A stretch of 64,000 nt of DNA. Origin: Selaginella moellendorffii. Lineage: Eukaryota > Plantae > Lycopodiophyta. The position numbers were made by a program, and so were the translations under genes. The notes under the pieces were generated by a model. That model ran no database searches and was not told the origin of the DNA. It worked only from the letters and a program-made list of their open reading frames with translations. The stretch is from NCBI RefSeq assembly GCF_000143415.4, contig NW_003314274.1:2276623-2340622 (forward strand). Reading direction: 5' to 3'. This document shows positions 1 to 11,568 of this stretch, piece by piece. Within the stretch, counting starts at the first letter, position 1; the number at the start of each line of letters is the position of its first letter.

Positions 1-348
1 TTCATACCAAAAGGGCTGGCAGTATCCGTGCACAATACCGTGATACAACACAGTGCCGAGATGTGGGGAGAGGACGCAAACGAGTTTAATCCCGGTCGCT
101 TTGCAAATGGGAGCGTGGCAGCGTGCAAGCATCCCATGGCTTTCATGCCATTCTCGTTTGGAGCGCGAGCTTGCATCGGCCGAGTTTACTCCCAAGTCCA
201 GGCCAAGATCGTCGTGGCTTTCCTGTTGCAGCGATTCCGGTGGAGCATGTCACCTGATTATCGTCATAACCCCATAGTTGCCGGGACTTTGGTTCCCAAG
301 AACGGAGTTCCAATTGTATTGACGCTGCTTGGCGCTAAAGGAGATTAG
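1..348 (+). CDS. Cytochrome P450 (CYP72 clan), last exon; gene starts upstream of window
   Basis: Translation has FNPGRF (PERF-equivalent) and heme motif PFSFGARACIG; nearly identical to the last exon of the P450 at 4389-4866 but in opposite orientation; stop TAG 346-348. Confidence 0.85.
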   Translation, partial: FIPKGLAVSVHNTVIQHSAEMWGEDANEFNPGRFANGSVAACKHPMAFMPFSFGARACIGRVYSQVQAKIVVAFLLQRFRWSMSPDYRHNPIVAGTLVPKNGVPIVLTLLGAKGD

Positions 349-691
349 TTCTTGGAGTTTCTTCTTGTCCAATATGCCAGTCTTGATTCGCTCGGAAAAT
401 ACTAAACTGTAGTTGGCACATCATAGCCAGGAAGTCAGCACTGGAGTGACATCTCATCCTCTCTCCTTGGCCTTTAATATTGTCAGTTTGGCAAAGCATG
501 GATAGTTTATAGATTGCTCTGCGCAAATTGTTAGTATCTTACATTGTTACAGACACTTACAGATCGGTGCGTTTTTCTTGTTTTTTCTTTTTCTTTTCTT
601 TTTTTTCCTGAAGAAGGAAAACGTCTGTCAGTGGTGAGGGAATGAAACGAGTAGGAGAGCTCTTACCGCTGGAGGAGCTTTTAGACTCGTG

Positions 692-1635
692 CTACTTCCC
701 CCATCTCGACAGTATCAGGAGGCCAACGATCGAGAAACACAACGACGCAAATGCCGCAACGACAAGCATGAAAGCAAACGCTTTACTGGGTAAGTTGAGA
801 AGCTTTTGCATTTTCTTGAGTGCCCGGTCGAGAAGTGGTGCCAATGCCGCTGCTCCGGCAACTCGGAATGGTCTCGTGACGTTGTTCCCAGTCCACATTA
901 GCACAACGATCTGGAACGAACGCATAGAAGATTGTAGCTAAGAGCTTAGAAAATACAAGGAAGAAACTCTTACGCCGAGCAGTGCCTTGAGGTTGGCGGC
1001 TGGATTTTGTCCTGTGCTCTTCTCGTATCCAAGGAAAGCTAGAACAAAGAACGTTGTGTATGTGATTCCATCAAAGAGACCATAGGCAAGAACTGCGGAT
1101 AATCCCAGCGCCGCTACTTTTGCTCGCAATGCTGTCGCGTCCATCTGTTCAATCGTGCGTTAAATCTCTGAAGAATGTCTAGCAACAAAGAACGTACAAA
1201 GAGCAAAGAAATTCTCACTTACAAGTAGCCAAGAAAATCGAAGTTTGTCGACTCAAAGACTACAAAGAAAGAAGTTTTACTTTTGGACGACGAAAGAAGA
1301 GTGTAGCTCTAGCTATGGACGAAGAACAAATGGGAGAACGAAGAAATAAATTCTAGCTCAAAAGAGACTTGAGACAGACGAAAAGAAATCGTTACCTGCC
1401 AGAGATTGGATCCCTGTGGCGATTGCTGCTGTGGATCGATCCCTCCAGCCGACGCTCCTGGTTGATCTTCTTGTTCCGGCATTCCCGATTCAGCACCAGC
1501 GACGCAAAATCGCGCTGTGATCGGATGCGATCCAGCAAGCGCTAGGCGTTGGCGCGTCAAAGAATGCCCGCATTGCAATGTGGAGTAGAATCGAGAGGAG
1601 AGAGGGGAGGGAGCGAGCAAAATCAATGCCGCCAT
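692..1635 (-). CDS. Conserved plant membrane protein of unknown function, probable plastid transit peptide (spliced, at least 3 exons)
   Basis: Ser/Ala-rich N-terminal exon (MAALILLAPSPLSSRF...), then exons LGLSAVLAYGLFDGITYTTFFVLAFLGYEKSTG and LMWTGNNVTRPFRVAGAAALAP...LSRWGK with GT-AG boundaries; hydrophobic segments. Confidence 0.75.
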
Positions 1636-1686
1636 AGCCAAAAACCCCCCCGAGCTTTAGGGTTTTAGGGAGATTTCTAGGGCGTA
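1636..1686. promoter_or_regulatory. Minimal divergent promoter with telo-box
   Basis: TTAGGGTTT at 1657-1665 plus further TAGGG copies in the 51 bp separating two divergent ATGs (1635 minus strand, 1687 plus strand). Confidence 0.6.
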
Positions 1687-2848
1687 ATGTTCCGCGCCTT
1701 GCTCTCGGTAAGCTCTTCTCTCTCGCCGCGATCACTCACGGATTCCGCATTCTCCAGACGGTGTTGCGCTCCTCCTCCACCTCCTCGTCCTCCTCCTTAG
1801 GCCAGCATTGCTGCAAATGGATCCAATCCAGGCACATTGTCGCTGCGACGCGAGGTAAAGAATGTGGCACTTAGATCGTTCGCGATGGATCTCTGCGCTG
1901 TAATTTCTTCTTTTATCCAGGAGAAATGAGAGATGTAGTGCTGCCAGTCACGAATTGGGAGCAAGAGGACAAAGGGACTGTGACGATCGCTGGAGACATT
2001 TTCGACGTTCCAATACGCAAAGATATCGTTCATCATGTCGTCAAGTGGCAGAGAGCTAAGAGACGTAAGGTCAGCTTCTATAACTTTCCTTCTCTACTTC
2101 TCTTGTTCTTCTGTTAGTTCTGCCTGGTTCTTACGCGTTTTCTTCGTTCTTCCTCCTTTCTTCTTACAGGGAACCCATAGTACGAAGACTAGAGGCGAAG
2201 TAGCGGGCTCAACGAGGAAGATACACAAGCAAAAAGGGACAGGAAAAGCTCGGCATGGTAGCAGGCGAGCACCTCAAGTGAGTCTTTCTTATTCCAGCTT
2301 TGAGTTGTCATTCCCTTCGTGTGTATTTTCAGTTTAGAGGTGGAGGAGTGGCACACGGTCCCAAGCCGAGAAGCTACGAGTACAAACTCAACAAGAAAGT
2401 CCGAAGGCTCGGATTGAAAATCGCTCTGTCCGCACGGGTGGCTGAGCGCAAGGTTGGAAAAAACGGTTTCTTCCTTTCTCCTTGGACTCATATGGCTTGG
2501 TGTGTGACTCGCAGCTGATGCTATTCGACAATGTTGATCTTCCAACTCACAAAACGCGACAGCTCATGAAGCTCGTTCCAAACTTGGGCTGCCGGAGAGT
2601 GCTGATTGTGGATGGTGTGGAGAAGATGGGGCGAGAGATCACGCTCGCTTGCCGAAATGTCAAGGAAGTTAACGTCATCCCAGCAAAGGTGCGTTATGCC
2701 GTCCCTTCGAGATTCGTTCGGAGAAAACAAACTTTCTTTCGTGCAGGGATTGAACGTTTACAGCATTTTATTGCACGACACTCTGGTGATGTCCGTGGCA
2801 GCGGTGAGGGAAATCGAAGACCGTCTTCACACACCCATCAACAGATAG
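1687..2848 (+). CDS. RPL4: Organellar (probably mitochondrial) ribosomal protein uL4, spliced
   Basis: Exons give [22 protein letters not shown] / [36 protein letters not shown] / [15 protein letters not shown] / [14 protein letters not shown], the bacterial-type L4 signature; Ser/Arg-rich presequence from ATG 1687. Confidence 0.92.
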
Positions 2849-2934
2849 TACTGGCAAATTGTTTATTTTTACTTTTGAACTTGTACATTAATGCAGATCC
2901 CAGGTCTTGCCATCTTCTAACTTTGAGCCAAGTC

Positions 2935-3950
2935 ATCAAGGGGATCAAGTTTAAGAGTGGAGCAGCGTCAATACGACTGGAACTTGGAACCAAAGTCGCG
3001 GCAACTATGGGGTTGTGACGATAATCAGGTGACAAGCTCCACCGGAATCGCTGCAGCGGCCTGGACTTGAGAGTAAGCCAGACCAACGCAAGCTCGCGCT
3101 CCAAACGAGAATGGCATGAAACTCAAGGGATGCTTGCAACGCTGCCAAGCTCCCATTTGCAAAGGGATCGGGAATAAAGTCCGGGACTGTGTTGTATCAC
3201 GGTATTGTGCACGGATACTGCCGGCCCGTTTGGAATGAAGAGGTGGTCAACGTAGCAATCCTTGCGTGCCACTCGAGGGATGATCGCCATTGGAGGGTGA
3301 AGTCGCAGCGTTTCCACCTGCGTGAAAGACAATAGTATAATGCTGAGAACACTATTGTCTTTTGTATTATACCTTGAGCTGTTCTAGTGCTTCCCTCTCG
3401 CGAAAACTCCCACGCGGCTTTCTCCTGCAGGCCAGGAGCAGCATCACCCACGAGTATAACGAAGTGAGCGAGGCGTTCCTGGTTATGTAGAAGGTCTTGC
3501 TCTTCGCGATGATAAGCTCGTCGTCCCAGTTGCTGTCGAGCATCGTGCCGAGCAAGTCACTCCCCGTGAGAGGAAGCTCCAATTTTGCGCGTGAGAGCCC
3601 GCCGGGAACCAATCTCCACACATCTCTTGCGATTCAGAGGAAGACTCCTGCCATGGAGGATGAAGTTTTGTTTATATATAAGAACGTGAACTTACCTGTG
3701 CCGTAGCAATAGACGCAGGAGCTTGACAGTGGCTATCGAGGTGCTAAAACTGGCCCCAAACCCGGCTTGTCCGAGCTTCACAAACTCAGGAAGATCATTG
3801 AGAGTTTTCTCTCCGGTGCCAGCATTTCGAACCAGCGTCTCCCAGTTGTCAGCTTTGGGTGTGCCTGGACATGGTTGCCACCATTCCCTGCAAAGATCTG
3901 GATCATGACACTCTAGATCTAGACTGATTCGAATGATCTTGTCAGCGTGG
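2935..3950 (-). pseudogene. Degenerate P450 copy with internal deletions and frameshifts
   Basis: Collinear fragments of the 4389-6184 P450 (FHADKI, LVRNAGTGEK, SDLLGTMLDSNWDDELI, ETLRLHPP, RFRWSLSPDYRHNP) scattered across frames; heme motif region disrupted. Confidence 0.85.
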
Positions 3951-3959
3951 AACGGATGC

Positions 3960-4352
3960 CCCTGGAAGATCGTGGCCACTACCGTGAGGTTGCGAGCACC
4001 ATCTTGGATTTTACGGATGTCTACCGTGAAGCGATGGGAGTGCCATGCCGAAGGCAATCTCCTGTGCCTTGCCGGGCAGTGCCGCGATCGTTACAATAGC
4101 ATTTTGACGAAGGTAGCGAGCCTGGATCGCGGCGAGTGGTTTTACATCCGTGGGGAGAATTAACAAGAGTGGCTGCGGCACGAGAGAGGACGTGCATTGC
4201 AGTCCAGGGTCAGGCCCGCTGGTGGAGGCGCTCTCAGGATGGAGGAGGTGGCGGGGCACAAGGAGGAGCAGCTAGAATTTCTAGAAATACAGAGGATTCG
4301 GAACCGGAGGATGGTATTTGACGGAGGCACGCGAGGACATCTTCTTATTGAA
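3960..4352 (+). pseudogene. Inverted remnant of the 3' part of the F-box gene at 7914-9197
   Basis: ECHAEGNLLCLAGQCRDRY and LDRGEWFYIRG match the F-box C-terminus; deletions and frameshifts present. Confidence 0.8.
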
Positions 4353-4388
4353 TGAAAACAGTAACGAAGAGTTGATCATCAATTCAGG

Positions 4389-6184
4389 TTAGGATCTCTC
4401 TCCCGTTGCCTTCATTCCATTTGTAACGATGGTTTTGGAATCCAGCAGCTTCAGGACAATGGGAACTCCGTTCTTGGGGAGCAAAAGCCCAGCAGCCACA
4501 GGGTTGTGACGATAATCAGGTGACAAGCTCCACCTGAATCGCTGCAACAGGGAGGCCACAACGACCTTGGCCTGGACCTGAGAATACGCCCGACCAACGC
4601 AAGCCCGCGCTCCAAACGAGAATGGCATGAAAGCCATGGGATGCTTGCTCGCTGCCAGGCTTCCATTTGCAAACCGACCGGGATTAAACTCGTTTGCGTC
4701 CTCTCCCCACATCTCGGCACTGTGTTGTATCACGGTATTGTGCACGGATACTGCCAGCCCTTTTGGTATGAAGAGGTGGTCGACGTAGCAATCTTCGAGC
4801 GCTATTCGAGGAATGATTGGGAACGCAGGATAGAGTCGCATCGTTTCCATGATTATCATCTCAACCTGCATGAAAGACAACAGTATAATGATGAGAGCAG
4901 TATTGTTTTTGTAGAAACAACGGACCAGCTTGAGCTTGTCTAGCGCTTGTGCGTTGTCCAGGGGCCCCTCTCTCGCGACAAGTTCCAAAACTTCCACTCG
5001 GGCTTTCTCCTGCCATTCTGGATTCACGGCCAGGAGCAGCATCACCCACGAGTATAACGAAGTGAGGGACATGTGCCCGGTTGTGTAGAAGGTCTTGCTC
5101 TCGGTGATGATAAGCTCGTCGTCCCAGTTGCTGTCGAGCATCGTACCGAGCAAGTCACTCCCGTGAGAGGCAGCACAGTTCTCCCGCGTGAGAGCCCGCC
5201 GCGAATCAATCTCCACACGGAGCAAACGATGGATTTCTCTCTTGATTCTCCATCTCTCGCGATTCGTGGGAAGGAATGGTAGACTCCTGCCATGGGAGGA
5301 TGGAATATGAAATAATCTCATAAACGTTGACTTACCTGATGAATGGAAATATCCACGCATATCTGACTTGCTGCCATTGCAAAGCAAACAAGAGACGCAG
5401 GAGCTTGACAATGGCTATGGAGGTGCTGGAACTGGCCCCAAACGCGGCTTGCCCAATGATGGGCGCAGTGAGCTCCACAAACTCGGGGAAAACGTCGAGA
5501 GCTTTCTCTCCAGTGCCGCCATTTCGAATCAGCGTCACCCAGTTCTCCAGGAAGCTTTGCGTGTTCTCATACATGGTTCTCACCATTCCCTGTAAAGATC
5601 TGGATAATCACACTCTAGCTCTATGACTGGTTTGAAGGTCGAGACCTTGATCTTGTCAGCGTGGAACACAGGCACCACAACGCGCCTTTGCTCCACCCAG
5701 TCTCGTCCGCTGGCGTCAAAGACACCACCACCGAAAATGTCGTCGGCAATCATCCCGAGAACAGGCGATTTCCCGAAAAACTCCGGACCTTTGAGGAGTG
5801 CCTTGCGCATGAGATCGATATCCGCAAGTTCCACCCGAGGCTCCACGCGCCACCAATTTATGTGTAGCGGTCCTGCGAGAGAATGATTTCAGAGAGAGAA
5901 GAGAGTGATCGATGGATCGATCTTTTACCGCATTTTTGCAAGCGTGCATGGTGGAATGGAATCGCGTGTGGAACAATGTCGTGACTTACTTGCTCCATAT
6001 CCGGGAGCTCCCAGATTTGCGTGAGGAGATTCTTCTGGGGAGGCCCGGTGACCCCCTGGGCGGACATGACCTTCTCCAGAACCTTGGGCCTCCACAAGTG
6101 GTACACGAGGAAACTACAGCATTGGAACCAAAGGATGAGGAGCAATCCCGCAAGAACAGCAAGTAGCACAAGCCACATTTCCAT
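4389..6184 (-). CDS. Cytochrome P450, CYP72-clan type, 5 exons, apparently intact
   Basis: N-terminal anchor MEMWLVLLAVLAGLLL, GVTGPP hinge, exons approx 6184-5929, 5873-5647, 5590-5336, 5284-4929, 4866-4389; ETMR (ExxR), PGRF, PFSFGARACVG; 5-exon layout typical of the CYP72 clan. Confidence 0.9.
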
Positions 6185-6469
6185 TGCCAAACGTTTCCTT
6201 TCCAAACTGATCCAAGCCCCGCGAGACTTAAGGCTTGGCCATGACAAAATTATTTTAATCTGATGTCTACGTTCTACGTGTTGAAGTTTGAACTTCAAAC
6301 TACAGCTGTAGGATTCTAGAAGAATTTCGCGATGATCCAGACACATGCATCCGAATAAAGAACAGGTACTATCTTTGCTTGGTTAGGTTTTAGTATGACA
6401 GGTTTATTCAGGTTTATTAGGTTTTATTGTCTTGCAGTGGGTTTAAAGCAATAAAAAATTGATGGTTTT

Positions 6470-6682
6470 TTGACAAGTTTATCATCAAGGCTCAGGACAA
6501 ACACCTTGAATCACAAGAAGAAGATGTCCTTGTATACCTCCTCCCAAAAGCCAGTTTCTTTGATCCTCCGTTGCCGGATCTTGGGAATTTCTAGGTGCTG
6601 CTCCTCCCCAGTGCGCTTGTGCCCTCCTCCCCGAGAGCGCCTCCACCGGACGGCCTGACGAGCGAGGGGCGGTAAACAACCC
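6470..6682 (-). pseudogene. Remnant of F-box gene 3' end and 3' flank
   Basis: Near-identical to 7871-8110 (gacaagtttatcatcaaggctcaggacaaacacc...gcggtaaacaacc) with an internal deletion. Confidence 0.85.
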
Positions 6683-6699
6683 ACCTAAAGAAACACTCT

Positions 6700-7255
6700 A
6701 CGTTTTGAATTGCGAACAACCCTGAATGACAACACAGTTAATCGCCAGTCACATCATGGAAAGAATGAACACTTTCTCAGGAAGATCTCAACACTTGCTA
6801 CTGATGGGCATTGTGATCGTGGCGGCAATGCCCACAGTTTTGAGGAGAGGGGTGATTTATCAGGTTCCTCTTCAGATCAAGCATGAAAAGCTTATTCCTT
6901 GATCACTTGGTGGAGCTGAGGAGTCCACTGACAACATGATCGTATACCAGTCCGTGCTGTGCAATCACGAGCGTGAGTGTGGAACTCAGGATCGATGAGA
7001 AGGAGCTGCTGGAACTCCAAGATGAGCCACTACTGGTTCCAGTGCTCCATGCTTAGAGTGCGAGCTACTTACGAAGGCAACTCTGGACACAGCAGTTCAC
7101 CACAACCAACCCAGGGTGAGTAAGTGAGACGATCTGATCTCTAGGATGGATCAGATCGAGGGGGAGTGTTGGAGCAGGAATCAAGGCGTCAAGGTGAACT
7201 ACTATAGAAGACTGTATACAACAAGCATTCAACAGTAGCTTTTCCCGTTCCAAGA
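6700..7255 (+). mobile_element. Decayed Ty1/Copia 3' end (RNase H remnant, PPT, short LTR)
   Basis: Frameshifted STDNMIVYQSVL...LRIDEKELLEL...LLTKA resembles the Copia RNase H tail; polypurine tract GAGGGGGAG 7158-7166 directly followed by TGTTGG at 7167; imperfect TTCCAAGA terminus near 7255. Confidence 0.55.
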
Positions 7256-7798
7256 GCGGTATTGTCTTTCGTAGAAACTACGTACCAGCTTGAGCTTGTC
7301 TAGCGTTTTTGCGTTGTCCAAGGGCCCCTCTCTCGCAACAAGTTCCAAAACTTCCACTCATGTATTTCTTGTTCAGCTCAAGAACCACGGCATTCACACC
7401 GAGGATGTGATGAGGTGCGCTCTCGAGTTCTTCAACTCGCCCGGGCTTTCTCTTGCCATTCTGGATTCACGGCCAGGAGCACCATCACCCAAGAGTCAGT
7501 TGCTGTCGAGCATCGTACCGAGCCAGTCACTCCCGTTAGAAGCAGCATAGTTCTCCCGCGTAAGAGCCCGCCGCGAATCAATCTCCACACGGAGCAAACG
7601 AATAGGCGGACATGAACCTTGGGCCTCCAAGTGGTCTACAGCATTGGGACCAAAGGATGAGGCAAGAACAGCAAGTAGCACAAGCCACATTTCCATTGCC
7701 AAAACGTTTACTTTCCAAAGTGATCCAAACCTCGCGAGACTTGAGGCTTGGCCCTTTTCTAACCTGATGTCACGTGTTGAAGTTTGAACTTCAAACTA
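7256..7798 (-). pseudogene. Heavily deleted P450 copy including 5' end and promoter
   Basis: MEMWLVLLAVLA start, RLLRVEIDSRRALTREN and GTMLDSN segments plus upstream gttgaagtttgaacttcaaacta, all matching 4895-6302. Confidence 0.85.
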
Positions 7799-7913
7799 GT
7801 ATGATTTTGTCTTGGATGTTGTTGTTCCAGTGAATGCGTGTGTCCCGTTTTACGTACGTCTTTCCAAGAAGACAAGTTTATCATCAAGGCTCAGGACAAA
7901 CACCTCTTGTGAA

Positions 7914-9197
7914 TCACAAGAAGAAGATGTCCTCGTATACCTCGTCCCAAAAGCCAATTGCTTTGATCCTCCGTTGCCGGATCTTGGGAATTTCTAGGTG
8001 CTGCTCCTCCCCAGTGCGCTTGTGCCCCGCCAGCCTCTTCTCCTCCTCGGGATCCAGCCCGAGAGCGCCTCCACCGGACGGCCTGACGAGCAAGGGGCGG
8101 TAAACAACCGCCCTCCGGTAATGCACCACCTCGCCGACACTGTACTGCCCCACCGTCTCGCTCTTGCCACGGATGTAAAACCACTCGCCGCGATCCAGGT
8201 CGTACACCGCGGGTGGCAAAGGCTCGCCACCGCAATCACCAAGCTTGTGGCTGTCATCGTAGCGATCGCGGCACTGTCCGGCAAGGCACAGGAGATTGCC
8301 TTCGGCCTGGCACTCTAACGTCAGAAAATCGTCCCAGTAGACATCCGTAAGGTCCAAGAAGGAACTTGCAACCTCACGGCAGTGGCCACTGCTCCAAGCT
8401 TTCTCAACGTCCAAAACGCAAGAAGCCTCTCTCTTACCCGCCATATCCATCGGCTCCTCCATGCTCCACACTCTGCACTGGGGATCACCCTCCTTGATCC
8501 GAAAGGCACCAGCCACATAGCGCTCGCCCTTGTGCTCCCATACGAAAGGGACACAAACCAGGGTCGGGTCGTTTAGGAGGGGCTCCTTGTGTGGCACGAT
8601 GATACATCTAGCAGTGTCGAACAAGAATCCTTCAGGGTAGTCCGCAACCCGTGTCCAAGCCCGCGACCTTGATTCGTAAAAATGGTAGTTGAAGGCGTCT
8701 ACAACCTCGAACTCTCCGGTAGCTGGGTCCGCGGTCATGCTGTAGACGCGACCGGAGTGCACCTGAGGCGCAAGGCGTGGGATCCTGACCCACTCGTTGG
8801 TTGCGGGATTTCCCACCACCAACTCCACGCCGGGAGAGGCATCGTCGGCCCAGGACGGGAGCCTGACGAGGACGAGGCCATTGGAGGAGGCGACGATGTC
8901 AAAGGAGCCGGGTGGGAGAGGTATCTTCATCCATGGTGGCAGCGGAGAGACTGTCCGCGATTTTGGGGTCCAAACGCAGATTTGCTGTGGTCGAGGGATA
9001 CGCTCCCAGTTGCCGTTGTAGGCAGTGAGGAGGACATAATACTCGCCGGGCTGCTGCGCCCGCGCTGCGCTAAACTCGGGGGATCTGATGATGGATCTCC
9101 ATTCCTTGCAGACGCCAAGAGCTGGCAACAACGAGTCCCAAGCGAGTAGGAGCAGGATGCGCACCAGGAGATCATGCCCAAGAAGCTCCGCGATCAT
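7914..9197 (-). CDS. F-box protein, intronless, 427 aa
   Basis: N-terminal F-box (LGHDLLVRILLLL...GVCKEWRSIIRSPEF) and plant F-box-associated motifs ASSNGLVLV and VVGNPATNEWVRIP; TATA-rich stretch upstream at 9229-9244. Confidence 0.85.
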   Translation of the reverse strand: MIAELLGHDLLVRILLLLAWDSLLPALGVCKEWRSIIRSPEFSAARAQQPGEYYVLLTAYNGNWERIPRPQQICVWTPKSRTVSPLPPWMKIPLPPGSFDIVASSNGLVLVRLPSWADDASPGVELVVGNPATNEWVRIPRLAPQVHSGRVYSMTADPATGEFEVVDAFNYHFYESRSRAWTRVADYPEGFLFDTARCIIVPHKEPLLNDPTLVCVPFVWEHKGERYVAGAFRIKEGDPQCRVWSMEEPMDMAGKREASCVLDVEKAWSSGHCREVASSFLDLTDVYWDDFLTLECQAEGNLLCLAGQCRDRYDDSHKLGDCGGEPLPPAVYDLDRGEWFYIRGKSETVGQYSVGEVVHYRRAVVYRPLLVRPSGGGALGLDPEEEKRLAGHKRTGEEQHLEIPKIRQRRIKAIGFWDEVYEDIFFL

Positions 9198-9484
9198 TCT
9201 TGCGAACCTAAAAGTGAATATATCAGCTACTATATATATATATAGCCCAACCTGTCCTTAATATTCTTAATCTTATTGTTGCCACATATTTTTTTGAGAG
9301 ATGTACTTTCATGCAATCCAAAAAAATGCAAATGTGGCGCGTTCCAAATGGTGAGGTTCAAATAGAGGTTATGGAATGCCATAGAGAATTTATAGAAAAA
9401 AAGAGAAAAGAAAGCAATGAGACCAAAGACATGTAATCATGCCCCTCTGATTTTTTTCTTTTTTGTTTCGATTGAAATCTCGTC

Positions 9485-11483
9485 TCAAGGATTTCCTAGC
9501 AGACGCTCAACAGCTGCATGTACATTGCCATTGGTTGCCGACAAGGCGCGGATGTTTTCTTGCGTGTCATAGAAACCCATGTCTTGAAGTTGCGATAACT
9601 GCGTCGCATACAGTTCCTCCGGGGGTAGAGCGTTCACTGCCAACACAAGAATCAAAGAAAAACACGATGTACAGCACTGGAAAAACAGTAAAATCAAAGT
9701 ACAAACCTTCGGGAGTCGCACCAAAATTGCTTCCAAGGCCGCCAAACATTCCTAGCAACGAGTTTAAATCGACATTGCCAGCGGCTCCTCCCAAGCCTCC
9801 TTGGCCCAAGCCTTGGTCCCTAAGAGAAGGAAAATGGTGTAAGTAAACCATAGAGTTTTCAAGAGTGACAACTTACTGCCCTGGCTGCTGTCGACCAAGG
9901 TGGCCTAGCAAACTCTGCTGGAGCGCAAGCATTTGCTGTGACCACAGCGTGAGGGAGAAGAAAGTTAACAATAGAAAAGGAGAAAAGGGAAAGGAAAACC
10001 TGTAAGCTCTCCGGACTGGTCATCTGCTGGAGAAACTCTGGGTTTTGCATCATTTCTCTGAACTGGGGGTTGGCATTCAGTATATTCCGGAGCTGCGGAT
10101 GCATGTTAAGGACCTGCAAGGATCACGAAAGCCATGACTGCTTTTCAATCATCAATCCGCAAACACACAGACCTGCTGAACGTACTGGGGGTTGGAAAGA
10201 ACTGACTGCATTGCCTGTAGCATTCCCGGGTTTTGCAACATCTGCTCGATCCCACCCAGTCCTCCAAGCCCGCCCAGCGCGCCCAAGCCTCCAGCGTTAC
10301 CATCACCCATGCCTCCGAGAAATCCCAAAGGCGGAAGCGTACCGAGTTGTTGTCCTGGGGTGGTGGTCGTCTCTCTCGCTGTACAAGACCAAAGGAAGTC
10401 AATGGAAAGCTCGAAAGAGAAGGAACCAAGTACCCGCGGGATTCCAAGGATTTGGAAGAGGAGCGGTGTTGGGAAGCACGGTAGCTCCCGTCCCCGCCGC
10501 TGGTGTTTGGTTCGGATCGCCAGTCCCGGCCGCTGGCGCCGTGGTAGCCGCTGGAGCTCTTCCCATCAAAGCGGCAAAAGGATTGGCCTGAGCGTCGGCT
10601 CCCTCGGCCCCGGTGCCACCCATGGTGGCGGCATTGAGCAGCGGCTCCTGGACGGTCTCATACATCCTCCGCAGCATGTTGAACCCCTCGGGCGAGGCCT
10701 CGATGTTGCTCATGGCCCGGTCGGTGTTCCTCATCATCTCCCTCATGAGCTCCGGGTTCCTGGCGGCGTCGAGCGTCTGGCGGAGAGTGGCGGGATCGTT
10801 GAGGATGTGCGCCAGGTCGGGGTTGCGGTCGATGATCTCGCGCATCTGCGGGTTGTTCATGATGAGCGTCCGCATCAGCTCCGGGTTGCTCATCAGGCTC
10901 TGGATGGCGGGCATGTTCATCATCTCGCGCATGAGGTTCGGGTTTTGCATCAGCTGCTGCTGGACCTGCTGGAACTCGGGCAGCGTCGTGGCGGTGCCCA
11001 GCGGCGCCGCGGCCCCGCCGAAGAATCCACCGTGCATGTTGGCCCCAATCCCGCCGGGAGGAGCTGCTGCCGGGGGAGCCGCTGCTGGGGATGGGGACGC
11101 TGGCGATGGCGCGGCCGGTGCGCCGCCGGGAGGCGGGGCGCCGCGGACGAGGTGGACTGTGTGATCGTTTTGTAGATCTGGAAGAATTTCGCGAGGGGAG
11201 AAGGGAGGAGTAAATACCCTAGCCAGAGAATCCCAGAGAGGAAAATTTCTTGCGGCTTACCGTAGCTGTCGAGGGAATTCTCATCCTTGAGCACGCGTCC
11301 CTTGTAGATTAGGCGCTGCTGATCGGCCGGGACCTCGGAGCGCTCGACGAGGAGGGATTTCAATCCGCGGACTGTGCTCTTGAGATCCACCGTGACCGAG
11401 AACTTGGTGCCGTTGGAGCAGCGAATGTGAACCGTGGCCGCCGCGCTGGGAGCTGCCGTCGTCGAGGCCTCCTCCGCGCTCAT
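9485..11483 (-). CDS. DSK2: Ubiquilin/DSK2 ubiquitin receptor (UBL-STI1-UBA), spliced
   Basis: UBL ([13 protein letters not shown]...HTVHLVRG), STI1 repeats ([34 protein letters not shown]), UBA ([28 protein letters not shown]...[10 protein letters not shown]). Confidence 0.95.
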
Positions 11484-11568
11484 TGCCCTATCGACGATCT
11501 AAAAACCCTAAATTGGCGAGAAAAAAGGAAAAGTCTACAAGGATTGGAAAAACTTTTTAGGGCGTGGA

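Noticed and set aside
1657-1682. TTTAGGG-like copies as interstitial telomere
   Set aside because: Only 1-3 imperfect units, always near start codons; better explained as telo-boxes.
10192-11175. 327-aa plus-strand ORF and other long ORFs opposite DSK2
   Set aside because: Antisense shadow of GC-rich DSK2 exons; no independent motifs.
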